From assembly GCA_048128005.1 (NCBI GenBank), contig JBEUKZ010000101.1:1-64000 (forward strand): a stretch of DNA of 64,000 nt, written 5' to 3'. The stretch comes from Veleropilina oligotropha (lineage: Eukaryota). Position numbers and translations under genes: made by a program. Positions 1-8,497 of this stretch are shown piece after piece (the stretch's first letter is position 1; every line of letters starts with the position of its first letter). The notes under the pieces were generated by a model. That model was given only the letters and a program-made list of their open reading frames with translations. It was not told the DNA's origin and made no database searches.

Positions 1-43
1 TCGCGACAGATCTGTTTCGTGCTATAGTGCACTCGGCGGGCGA
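1..43 (-). ncRNA. Minimal type I hammerhead ribozyme with variant core
   Basis: Minus strand reads UCGC-CCGCCGA-GUGC(ACUAUA)GCAC-GAAAC-AGAUCU-GUC-GCGA: stem I, core variant of CUGANGA, stem II, GAAA, palindromic stem III, GUC site. Confidence 0.75.
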
Positions 44-336
44 ACGTATTACGTTAAGTTGCGGTTAAGAAGTAAGGATGTACGTTTATAAATACGAAAC
101 TAAAACTAATTTCGGACAACTCGGCACACGGGGATTTCGCGATGCCGAATATAGGCAAAGCTGTAAATCTGTGATAATTGTGATAATTAATTGTGATAAT
201 TAATTGTTTGTTCCTTTGTTTGATTATATGTGGGCAGCTTGTTACACTTGGCTAGGGGGTATTTTCTGTTATGTTTATACGAAACTTCCGAAATTAGTTG
301 TCTTCTGTTTGTTAATTTAATTATATGAAAGTGGGT

Positions 337-2442
337 TTATTTCACCTGGCTAAGTAGGTATTTTCTGTTATGTCTGCAAGATGCGGCCAGTTCGTTTCTT
401 TTGTTCAGTGTGCATGTTTCTGGTTTGCAAATTATCATGTACTTCTCTAGTAAACACAGATTGCATCTCTTAGTGGTGTTCGAGTATGATTTTGCTTGTT
501 TTAATGCTTTCCATTTGATTTTAAAGTTGATGTTTCTGTCTTTTAGTTTCCAGATATGCTTACTTAGCTCCGTTTGGTGGCGTTTGCTTTCATGGTTGAA
601 AGATGTCTTGTGGTTTCTAAATCTGGTTTTGAACTCCGTTTCGCACAGGCCAATGTATGATTCTGTTGTGTTGTTATCTTGTCTTGTTACTGCTGCTTGG
701 TATATTATACTCTTTGTTAGGCACTTGTTTTCAAGGGGGCAGTCATCTTTGTTTCTACAGTTGCATGTGTTTTGGTGGGCTGCAGGTTTGTTCTGATTTT
801 GGTTAATGATTTTTCTGTTGTGTGTTTCGATGGAATTTTTCATGTTGGGCATGCATGAGTAGCTGAGTTTGAGCGTGTGCCTGTTGAATATTTTGTTTAG
901 CTTGTGATTTTTCGGGAAGCATTCGTCAATTATCGTTAGGAATTGCTTGCCAATGTTGGTTTGTACGTTACTGTTGAATGGTGGGTTGAACCATGTGATG
1001 CTTTTGTGCCTGGTGCGTTTCTTTTTTGTGGTTTCCTCTGGTTTGTATTCTAATTTGTACTTGTATCCGCTGTTGTGCAGGGCTTCTTGGTATTTGGGTG
1101 TTGCTTTGTCAAATACGTCTTTGTTGGACGAAATTCTACACAGTCTTTTGTTTATGTTTTCTGGGATGTTTCTGGTTATGCTGGGTGGATGGTTGCTGTC
1201 TTTATGCACATACAGGATTGTGTTGCCAGGTTTCATGTAGGGTTGGAATGTGGAGCTATTTAGGTTGAATGTCACGTCGAGGAAGTTAATTATCTTTTTG
1301 TTCGCTTCTATGGTTATTTTCAGGTTGTGCGCTTTGAATATTTTGCATATCTGTTTTTTAATGTTTTCTATTGTGCGTGGCGTGGCTTTGCATGTTGCCA
1401 GTCCATCGTCCCTGTAGAGTCCTATGTTGTCTTTAATTTCGGTGGGGAGCAGTGATAGCAAATATGTGCCAATTAATTCGCAGGTTTCGGCTCCGTCAAA
1501 GCTACCCATGGTTACGTCAAATGGTTTGCATTTTTTCGTCCACCCTTCATCATTGTGGAATAGAAGTGCTTTTTTCGCATGCATTATTATATGTTTGTCG
1601 TCGTCAGTTATTGTTGTGAAGGCTTTTGCGTAGCCTAGGGCTTTTGATAGCAGTTCTTCTGTGATGGATGGGTAGAAGTCACACACATCAAATGAGATGA
1701 AGGAGTGCTCATTTTTGTTTTCGATTTTTTTGAACCAATCGATTACTGCATCTGTGTTTTTCCAGATGTTTGCGTTTGTCTTTGCTGCAAGGTCCTTGTT
1801 TATGTCGTCTAGAATTCTTTTGCTGATAATTCCTATTTCTGATTTGGTAGGGTTAATGAGTCTGCATGTTGGGTTGTTTTGGAAATTGGGTTTGTGGTCT
1901 TTGAGTGTGACAAAAGTGTTTTTTTGCGCTAGCTTTTCGATTCTGCCTTCTAACTTTAGCTTGGTTGCTATTTCTTTGTCAATTTTCGTGATCTGGCTGA
2001 TGGCTTCTGGCGCAGCCTTTTTGTAGCTCTTTGTTACATTTTTGTCTATCAATTTGTTGTATTCGCTGTAGTCAAGCTTGTAGTAGTTAGTTGTTTTATC
2101 AGCTTTTGTAAAAATTCTTGTATCTGCATTTATTTTTGTCAGGTCGTTCTTTAGTGTTGTTTGTAATTCATTGCTATACGGTTGAAATTTGATGTTTTGA
2201 ATGAGCTGGGTAAGTTTGCTTTCAAATTCAATCAGTTCTTTAATATTAGGTGTCGGTTTTCGTGATTTGAATCCGTAAGTCTCATTGTTTGTTGCGTTTG
2301 CATCGGGATTTAGATAAAAGAAGGCTTTCCATCGTATTCGTTTGATTAAATGTTCCGTCATTTCAATAAGGCGTTTCAGGTAGTCACTTTTGTTTGCTAT
2401 AGGAATGTTTTTTGTAGAGTACTTAAAGTTTACATTTTCCAT
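337..2442 (-). CDS. Penelope-like reverse transcriptase + GIY-YIG endonuclease, 701 aa, intact
   Basis: RT motifs FDVCDFYPSI, MGS, LYRDDGL; linker CNCRNKDDC; endonuclease SIIY...YIG...RFRNH. Confidence 0.93.
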   Translation of the reverse strand: MENVNFKYSTKNIPIANKSDYLKRLIEMTEHLIKRIRWKAFFYLNPDANATNNETYGFKSRKPTPNIKELIEFESKLTQLIQNIKFQPYSNELQTTLKNDLTKINADTRIFTKADKTTNYYKLDYSEYNKLIDKNVTKSYKKAAPEAISQITKIDKEIATKLKLEGRIEKLAQKNTFVTLKDHKPNFQNNPTCRLINPTKSEIGIISKRILDDINKDLAAKTNANIWKNTDAVIDWFKKIENKNEHSFISFDVCDFYPSITEELLSKALGYAKAFTTITDDDKHIIMHAKKALLFHNDEGWTKKCKPFDVTMGSFDGAETCELIGTYLLSLLPTEIKDNIGLYRDDGLATCKATPRTIENIKKQICKIFKAHNLKITIEANKKIINFLDVTFNLNSSTFQPYMKPGNTILYVHKDSNHPPSITRNIPENINKRLCRISSNKDVFDKATPKYQEALHNSGYKYKLEYKPEETTKKKRTRHKSITWFNPPFNSNVQTNIGKQFLTIIDECFPKNHKLNKIFNRHTLKLSYSCMPNMKNSIETHNRKIINQNQNKPAAHQNTCNCRNKDDCPLENKCLTKSIIYQAAVTRQDNNTTESYIGLCETEFKTRFRNHKTSFNHESKRHQTELSKHIWKLKDRNINFKIKWKALKQAKSYSNTTKRCNLCLLEKYMIICKPETCTLNKRNELAASCRHNRKYLLSQVK

Positions 2443-2646
2443 ATTACTTCTGGTAGAGCGCTCAACAGTAATTATAAATCAGCCAACCAACTACTATGAA
2501 ATAGTTGGACTAACTGTTTTACAATGTAATGGCGCAATTTAGAGTACGTTTGGATAACTCAAACGAGTTTCAGATATATATGGCAGAGCACTCAACACTC
2601 AACGTTTATAGTGAGTGGAGTTGATATACAATATAATAATTTATGG

Positions 2647-2689
2647 TCGCGACAGATCTGTTACGTGCTATAGTGCACTCGGCGGGCGA
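2647..2689 (-). ncRNA. Hammerhead copy with GAAA>GUAA core mutation, probably impaired
   Basis: Same as 1-43 except T>A at 2663. Confidence 0.65.
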
Positions 2690-2993
2690 ACGTATTACGT
2701 TAAGTTGCGGTTAAGAAGTAAGGATGTACGTTTATAAATACGAAACTAAAACTAATTTCGGACAACTCGGCACACGGGGATTTCGCGATGCCGAATATAG
2801 GCAAAGCTGTAAATCTGTGATAATTGTGATAATTAATTGTGATAATTAATTGTTTGTTTCTTTGTTTGATTATATGTGGGCAGCTTGTTACACTTGGCTA
2901 GGGGGTATTTTCTGTTATGTTTATACGAAACTTCCGAAATTAGTTGTCTTCTGTTTGTTAATTTAATTATATGAAAGTGGGTTTATTTCACCT

Positions 2994-3305
2994 AGCAGCA
3001 GGGGGGGTGACCATACCTTTTATCTGGGGGTGCGGCGAGGGAAATTAAGGCTCCCAGCACTTTTTCAGAATTAATATGGATCTCAACTCAGCAGCAGGGG
3101 GTGATCATACCTTTTATAATGGGAAAATAAGGCTCCCAGCACCTGTTCCGAGGGGGGGTGACCATACCTTTTATCTGGGGGCGCGGCGAGGGAAATTAAG
3201 GCTCCCAGCACTTTTCAGAATTAATATGGATCTCAACTCAGCAGCAGGGGGGGTCAGTGTACTTTTTAGAATGGGAAAATACAGCGCCCAGCACCATTTC
3301 AGAAC
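2994..3305 (+). repeat. Left TIR of copy 1, built of internal subrepeats
   Basis: Reverse complement of 19592-19903; AGCAGCAGGGGG recurs near 3089 and 3240. Confidence 0.93.
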
Positions 3306-3570
3306 CGAGCTGGTATTACTGTGGGGAACTAGGGATGTTCCCGGGGGTTAAATTATAACACTTACCTATGCTAGCCTGGCTCCTGTATGTTAATAGCTGT
3401 AACGTTATACCAGGAAGTATTGTTTCGCTATCAGAGTAATAATCGTAGCATGACCACAGGAAAATCTAGGACGACTTATGCGGTTGAATGGACGGCTATA
3501 GCTCATCGAGTCAATGAATAGCAATAACTCCATGAATACAAAAGCGAGCAGGCTCGCACAATAGCGTGCA

Positions 3571-3756
3571 CTAGAGTAGCAGCAGGTTTAAATTAAAACG
3601 CTTACCTGTGGATAGTTCGGATTCCTCTTTAGTTTTTATCATGTTTTGGTACTTAGTGTCCCTGCGGTTTTTGGCTATAGCCAGTTCAAGTCTCTGCACC
3701 TGCAGCCAAGTCGTCAAAACAGATTTTTTCAAGCCAATACCTTGGTCATCAGCCAT
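3571..3756 (-). CDS. Small ORF or exon, paralogous to 3860-4147
   Basis: RLELAIAKNRRDTKYQNMIKTK vs RLELARTKNRKDNIYQNMKKTK. Confidence 0.4.
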   Translation of the reverse strand: MADDQGIGLKKSVLTTWLQVQRLELAIAKNRRDTKYQNMIKTKEESELSTGKRFNLNLLLL

Positions 3757-3859
3757 TTCGGCCTGTGAGGCCTCGTCAGAGTATCTACCAGATACTGATG
3801 GCCCCGACTGACCAAGTTATGGTGGTGTGTCGGGTGCCTAGTTCTGTTGTTACGGTTGC

Positions 3860-4147
3860 CTATTCGTCGTCCTTCAGTAGGTTTTGCAGCCTGCGTACAT
3901 CTGCGGCTGCTGCATCGTGGGCAATTTCAAGCTCACGGAGTTTTTCGAGCATTTTTTTCATCCTCCACTTGGTTTTTTTCATGTTTTGGTATATGTTGTC
4001 CTTTCGATTTTTGGTTCGGGCCAGTTCCAGTCTTGTCGTATTTTTCGATACCTGATTATCGGCGGCTTCTTCATGCAGAAAGTTCTCGACAAAACCACGT
4101 TGTTGGTCCATTGTCAAATTAGGTAGTTTTCTTGTAATGCTATCCAT
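3860..4147 (-). CDS. Basic coiled-coil protein, 95 aa, present only in copy 1
   Basis: ATG start, TATA-like TATATAAG about 30 bp upstream, internal paralog. Confidence 0.55.
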   Translation of the reverse strand: MDSITRKLPNLTMDQQRGFVENFLHEEAADNQVSKNTTRLELARTKNRKDNIYQNMKKTKWRMKKMLEKLRELEIAHDAAAADVRRLQNLLKDDE

Positions 4148-4175
4148 TTGTATGTGACTCGATACGTTATGGGGA

Positions 4176-4395
4176 GCTTATATAGTTTCTCTGTGCGTTC
4201 TACGGCCTTCTAGATCAGTTTATTGCCACATTCCCAAATATAACTTCTGACGATATCTGTACTTTCTAGAAGCTTTCCACGTACACATTTCCATATATAA
4301 CTTGTTGACGAGCTCTGTTCGTTCTAGAGCTTTCCACGTACACATACTTGTTGACGATCTGTGATCATTCTAGAAGGCTGTATTGCCACGTGACC
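4176..4395 (-). promoter_or_regulatory. Candidate promoter: TATA-like box plus cluster of TTCTAGAA (HSE-like) motifs and short direct repeats
   Basis: TTCtaGAA at 4264 and 4368, near-matches at 4208 and 4322; block partly conserved in copy 2 at ~57670-57840. Confidence 0.4.
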
Positions 4396-4975
4396 ATGAC
4401 TCCACTAGATTACGGTCTACCATGTAAACATGGGGACTGATATATTCTTTCTGTGCTAAACGGAATGTTGGGGACCAGAAAAAGAAATCTGGGCCAATCT
4501 TTCTTGACTTGATCCAGTAACTTTGTATATCTGGGTCGACTCGGGACAGCGAGGTATTTCATTCATACGCGCAGAAGCGGCCAGACAGCATTTCTATAGT
4601 ACTATAGAAATGGCGTGTCATGCTTTTAACGACTGTTGCCATTGATAAATCGGGCAAGAATGGCTGCCTGGGATATTAATATTATTATTTAATACGTTGA
4701 TGTCTCTCCTAGCTCTAAGCGCAGTACAAACTATAACTAATATTACAGTACAATGTACACAAGAATATACAGGAGAGACATCAATGATACATACTTAAGC
4801 AATAATAATAATAAACAGAATATTTTTTTCGAGTTTTTCAATTTTATCTTTTTTTTACAAGCGCAATCAGACAAAGAGGTGAAGCAGCCCCTGCGTGAAC
4901 TTCAACCAACTTTGAATGGTACAATATATGCAGGGGAAAGCCGGAAAAATATGTTTTAATGCAGGAGCAGCTGGT

Positions 4976-5407
4976 TTATATGAATATATAGTTACCCGAT
5001 ATTAAAGTACAATTACAGGGTGAGATTTGTCCGACTTTTCTCCACACACCGAAGCAGCCAGACAGCATGGTATAATACTCCCCATTTTTTCCAGGACATA
5101 ACGAGGGGGTCGAACACTGGACACATGTGACAGTATCTCTTGGTGTGGCAGGGCTACAGTCATTATCTCCGATAATAAAATAGTGGCATGACGGTGGAGA
5201 GACATCAGGGGTGGGGTCTCTACCCGGGCGAAGAAGCAAGTTTCTACGTAAGTGATCGAATCGGGGGTTATACCTGGGATGATTTCGGTACCTAGTCCAC
5301 GTATGTTCCAGAATTAATGCAGTGTTGTGTGTCGACGCCTGGGTAGACACACCCCCTAGCCAGCACACCGCGGCAATACACAGTAGCATAGATTTCATGG
5401 ATTTCAT
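4976..5407 (-). CDS. Secreted cysteine-rich protein, 143 aa
   Basis: Hydrophobic N-terminal signal-like segment, Cys-rich C-terminal half; ortholog at 56680-57096. Confidence 0.75.
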   Translation of the reverse strand: MKSMKSMLLCIAAVCWLGGVSTQASTHNTALILEHTWTRYRNHPRYNPRFDHLRRNLLLRPGRDPTPDVSPPSCHYFIIGDNDCSPATPRDTVTCVQCSTPSLCPGKNGEYYTMLSGCFGVWRKVGQISPCNCTLISGNYIFI

Positions 5408-5489
5408 GGTTGTCCAGATATCACTGTCGATTTCTAGCTTTAATACGGGGGAGGAGCGGGGTAGTCGTGGCTACGCTCAACCTGGATAG

Positions 5490-6125
5490 TTAGTCGCCAG
5501 CTCCGATTTTTTTCAGCAGCTCTGCACGACCCTCTAAACGACCACGCTCAATAAGCTCGCTCTGGGTCTGTGAAATCGCGGTGTGCGCCTTCCTACTCTT
5601 ATCCCGAATTGATGCCTTCATGGCTTGGTATTTCAACATCTCCCCTGTGACCAGTTGGAATTCATCATCAGACATCACCCCGTCCGATAATGCCTTTGAG
5701 ACGTGGTCGGTTATGGTATTCAGCTTGCTGTCGGCCAGGACTCGAATCTCGTCGTGTTTCTTAGCCTTCACCCCGAGGCGCCGGCTGATATACTTTCCAC
5801 CCATACTAGCGAGCCCACACCCTAATGCCGCTAGTTCCAGCACTAGGACGACCGGGGCGGCTACAATTGTGGACAGTAGACCAATTCCAGCGCTACCCAT
5901 ACCAAGTGTGGCGACGACTAGTCCGTTATCTATACCGTCAACGACGTTAACACCTCGTCGGTACTTTTTATATAGTGCAGCCCGAGCATCCCGTTCTCGT
6001 TCTAATTGTCCCTGAAGCTCATTCACTTTCTGTAGTCGGAAAGACTGTGCCTCATGCAGTTCCGAAGGCACATCGCCACCAAGTTGTGGGTACAGCGTTG
6101 GCGCTGAGGGTTTGTTGTCCATCAT
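5490..6125 (-). CDS. Helical membrane-associated protein with PSAP and LYPQL motifs (211 aa from ATG)
   Basis: Conserved in copy 2; hydrophobic hairpin GLVVATLG...LAALGCG; starts in ATGA overlap with the upstream ORF. Confidence 0.8.
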   Translation of the reverse strand: MMDNKPSAPTLYPQLGGDVPSELHEAQSFRLQKVNELQGQLERERDARAALYKKYRRGVNVVDGIDNGLVVATLGMGSAGIGLLSTIVAAPVVLVLELAALGCGLASMGGKYISRRLGVKAKKHDEIRVLADSKLNTITDHVSKALSDGVMSDDEFQLVTGEMLKYQAMKASIRDKSRKAHTAISQTQSELIERGRLEGRAELLKKIGAGD

Positions 6126-6469
6126 ACGTGGCTGTATTGTTCCGCCTGTTTGTTTAAAATGTCTACTGTAACGTTCAAATACAGAGTGCCGACCCACGGG
6201 GCCTTGATGACAAAGGCGAGGGTTAACTTATCCGAATCCAGGCTGAGTTTACTTATGGAACATGCCTTGGGGCCCCCGGCCGGCTGGACCGGCGTCAGGT
6301 GGATCATTAGAAGGGCTGGGTTCAACCCGAACCGACCTCTAGTGTTTGGAAACATGAACTCCCTCCTCGCCAGCCCCTTATTGGGCGCTACCCCACAATT
6401 AAGGACAAAGTGCCACCGGGTCGGGGAAGAGGGCTCGTCTGCAAGCAGGGTCCCGTAGATGCTGCTCAT
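6122..6469 (-). CDS. Hypothetical viral protein, 115 aa
   Basis: Conserved in copy 2 with an in-frame 3-nt indel; ATGA overlaps at both ends. Confidence 0.7.
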   Translation of the reverse strand: MSSIYGTLLADEPSSPTRWHFVLNCGVAPNKGLARREFMFPNTRGRFGLNPALLMIHLTPVQPAGGPKACSISKLSLDSDKLTLAFVIKAPWVGTLYLNVTVDILNKQAEQYSHV

Positions 6470-7206
6470 TGTATCGCAAGGACTGCGGAAATAGGCATAC
6501 CGTGATTGTCGAGCGGTTTACCATCTGAGTCTGTGATGTAAACCTTCAACTCTGTGATTAGCCCGGCCTGTAGTCGCCGGCCGGCGGGATAGCTATGATA
6601 GTGGCCAGCTTCACCGAACATCTGCGACGTGATAGGGACCACCGCGAGAATAGTGCTCGGGGCGCCGTCCTTCACATTGTGCGTTGTACTAAGCTGCTCC
6701 AGGTGGACGTGCAGGGTTGGCGCTATGGCAAACCCGACAGGCTTATTCCCGTCATAAGTCCCAGGGCGTAGCCACTCGGATCTCTCCGGAGGGGGAGGTG
6801 GTTGGCCCTGTACTCCCCGAACCGGTTGGTTCAGATTCCCTGCTTTATCGAGAATAAACGAAGAGAGGTCTAAGCCGAGGAGTTTTCGTATATCGTCACT
6901 TATCGCGAGTCGAGTCCCCTCTGGGACCACGATTCGGGCGAGCCCTGTAGCATGGCTTACATCTAGTTGTAGGTTAACTAGCGACCTCTTCATCGTCTTG
7001 GCGAGGTCATCGAAGCTGTAGAAACCTGGTGCCACGTCGACCGTGGTATCCGGGGTCTTAAAGAAGGCTCCGGCATGCACGTTGTGCCAGCCTACCCAAT
7101 AGTCGAGCGACTGCAAGCTGACACATAGCTTGCCGTCCCGGTTATCAATCGGCTCCAGGAGGGCAACCGCGGTCCCCTCTTGAACGTTTGTTAATGTGTG
7201 AAACAT
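6466..7206 (-). CDS. Minor capsid (penton-like) protein, 246 aa
   Basis: Pattern typical of Polinton minor capsid proteins: PGFYS...L, LLGL, ILAVVPI, ITELKVYITD.DG..LD.HG. Confidence 0.75.
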   Translation of the reverse strand: MFHTLTNVQEGTAVALLEPIDNRDGKLCVSLQSLDYWVGWHNVHAGAFFKTPDTTVDVAPGFYSFDDLAKTMKRSLVNLQLDVSHATGLARIVVPEGTRLAISDDIRKLLGLDLSSFILDKAGNLNQPVRGVQGQPPPPPERSEWLRPGTYDGNKPVGFAIAPTLHVHLEQLSTTHNVKDGAPSTILAVVPITSQMFGEAGHYHSYPAGRRLQAGLITELKVYITDSDGKPLDNHGMPISAVLAIQ

Positions 7207-7213
7207 AGTAGCT

Positions 7214-8497
7214 ATGGCTAAGAGCGCCTTTGCGTTTAATAGGAGTGCGGCCTATCCGACCGGTGTGGTGTACCCAGCAAAGATCAAAGATGAGCAGCTT
7301 ACGAGACCAAGCATCAATGTGGGTAATAGCTCAACCACTACATTCGGGGCAACATACCCTGACGTCTTTCAGAAATACCGCCTCCCTCATGTCGCTAGTG
7401 ACGGGCTGATAAGGGATTGGAACAGCACGCCGATGAGGTTCTGGCAGAACAAGGTCAATTTCGCAGTTTGGTGTGCCACAACAGGTTCCGGAATCTCCTC
7501 AGAAGACCACTTAAATGCGACCGACCCCCTCTCCACTGCTGTATTCACCTTCCACGTCTACTATCAGGTCAGACGAATCTTATCCGAAATTCAGGCGCCG
7601 CTGCCACAGGACCGGACGTGGGATGCATTCGACAACCCGTATGACCGCAGGGCATATGAGAAGATCTGCAGCGAATTTGGGGTGTCTCCCCATACCGACT
7701 GGCGTGTCAAGGGTCCCAACGGCGGACTAGGCACCGCTTACAGCTACTGGACGAACAACGGCTACCACCCCATCGGACGTGACTATGATCCAAGCCGAAT
7801 GTCCTTCACCAAAGGTACGACCAACACGAATCTGCACGTGGACTACATCGCGCAAGCGCCTGCACTTAAAAACGGTTGGGCTACTTTTATTCTGGACAGG
7901 TCGGTGGGATTCACGAGGGCCGGCGTGGAAAGGCTCAATGATTCCATCAGGACCTACGTCTGGGCTATTCTTGGAGCGCAGGCTCAAACGCGTGCAAGTA
8001 TTCTGGGTAGTGGTACCGCATTTGACGCACAGAAACAGTTCCTGGCGAACGTGGAAGACGCCATCGCATCCCCCGTTGACCTCCCAGCAGCCATCAAACG
8101 GTACCAAGAGGTGCTCCAGTATGCGAGGTCCAAAGTGGACTTCGTATTCGGCGTTGGCCTGTACATGGCGCCAAGTAACATGCTTCTACGGATCGGACAG
8201 GTGGCTGGTTATAACAATGAGATCGTCGTCGCCACGGAAGACCAGACACTCGGTCTTAATACTACGGTGAACGCGGCCAATCCTGTGCCGCACAACGCCA
8301 CTGGGGATACTGGAGAAACAGGACTGGTTATTCCACAAGACGCAGATGCAAGCATACCGGTAGTTACTCCGAAGCATCCAAGCTCTCTGCCAGCTGTGGC
8401 CTCAGTGGCGGCTGTTCCAGCGGCACATGACGAGGAGAAAACCGCACTTATCGTGGGCGGCATTGTCGTTGGTCTAGCGTTTATTTGGCTTACGTGA
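7214..8497 (+). CDS. Unknown 427-aa protein with C-terminal transmembrane anchor
   Basis: Long ORF conserved in copy 2; ends ALIVGGIVVGLAFIWLT. Confidence 0.8.
   Translation: MAKSAFAFNRSAAYPTGVVYPAKIKDEQLTRPSINVGNSSTTTFGATYPDVFQKYRLPHVASDGLIRDWNSTPMRFWQNKVNFAVWCATTGSGISSEDHLNATDPLSTAVFTFHVYYQVRRILSEIQAPLPQDRTWDAFDNPYDRRAYEKICSEFGVSPHTDWRVKGPNGGLGTAYSYWTNNGYHPIGRDYDPSRMSFTKGTTNTNLHVDYIAQAPALKNGWATFILDRSVGFTRAGVERLNDSIRTYVWAILGAQAQTRASILGSGTAFDAQKQFLANVEDAIASPVDLPAAIKRYQEVLQYARSKVDFVFGVGLYMAPSNMLLRIGQVAGYNNEIVVATEDQTLGLNTTVNAANPVPHNATGDTGETGLVIPQDADASIPVVTPKHPSSLPAVASVAAVPAAHDEEKTALIVGGIVVGLAFIWLT

Larger units (their letters stand above)
1..2646 (-). mobile_element. Penelope-like retroelement (C-terminal GIY-YIG), tandem unit A; unit boundary is arbitrary in a head-to-tail array
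   Basis: Sequence at 1 recurs at 2647 and 22208 (2646-bp period); contains RT-endonuclease ORF. Confidence 0.92.

Noticed and set aside
401..2026. Plus-strand ORFs over the Penelope gene, and similar antisense ORFs over viral and DIRS genes
   Set aside because: Shadow frames of real genes with no motifs of their own
2988..2993. 6-bp TSD TCACCT for virus copy 1 (canonical Polinton length)
   Set aside because: The extra T on the right is the last base of the TIR; copy 2 allows only 5 bp (AACAT)
2994..3305. CRISPR-like array in the TIR subrepeats
   Set aside because: The intervening sequences are themselves repeated, there are no unique spacers or cas genes, and the context is eukaryotic
3076..3351. 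91-aa ORF (and 82-aa mirror at 19573-19821) in the TIR
   Set aside because: Arises from the TIR duplication and is not preserved in copy 2
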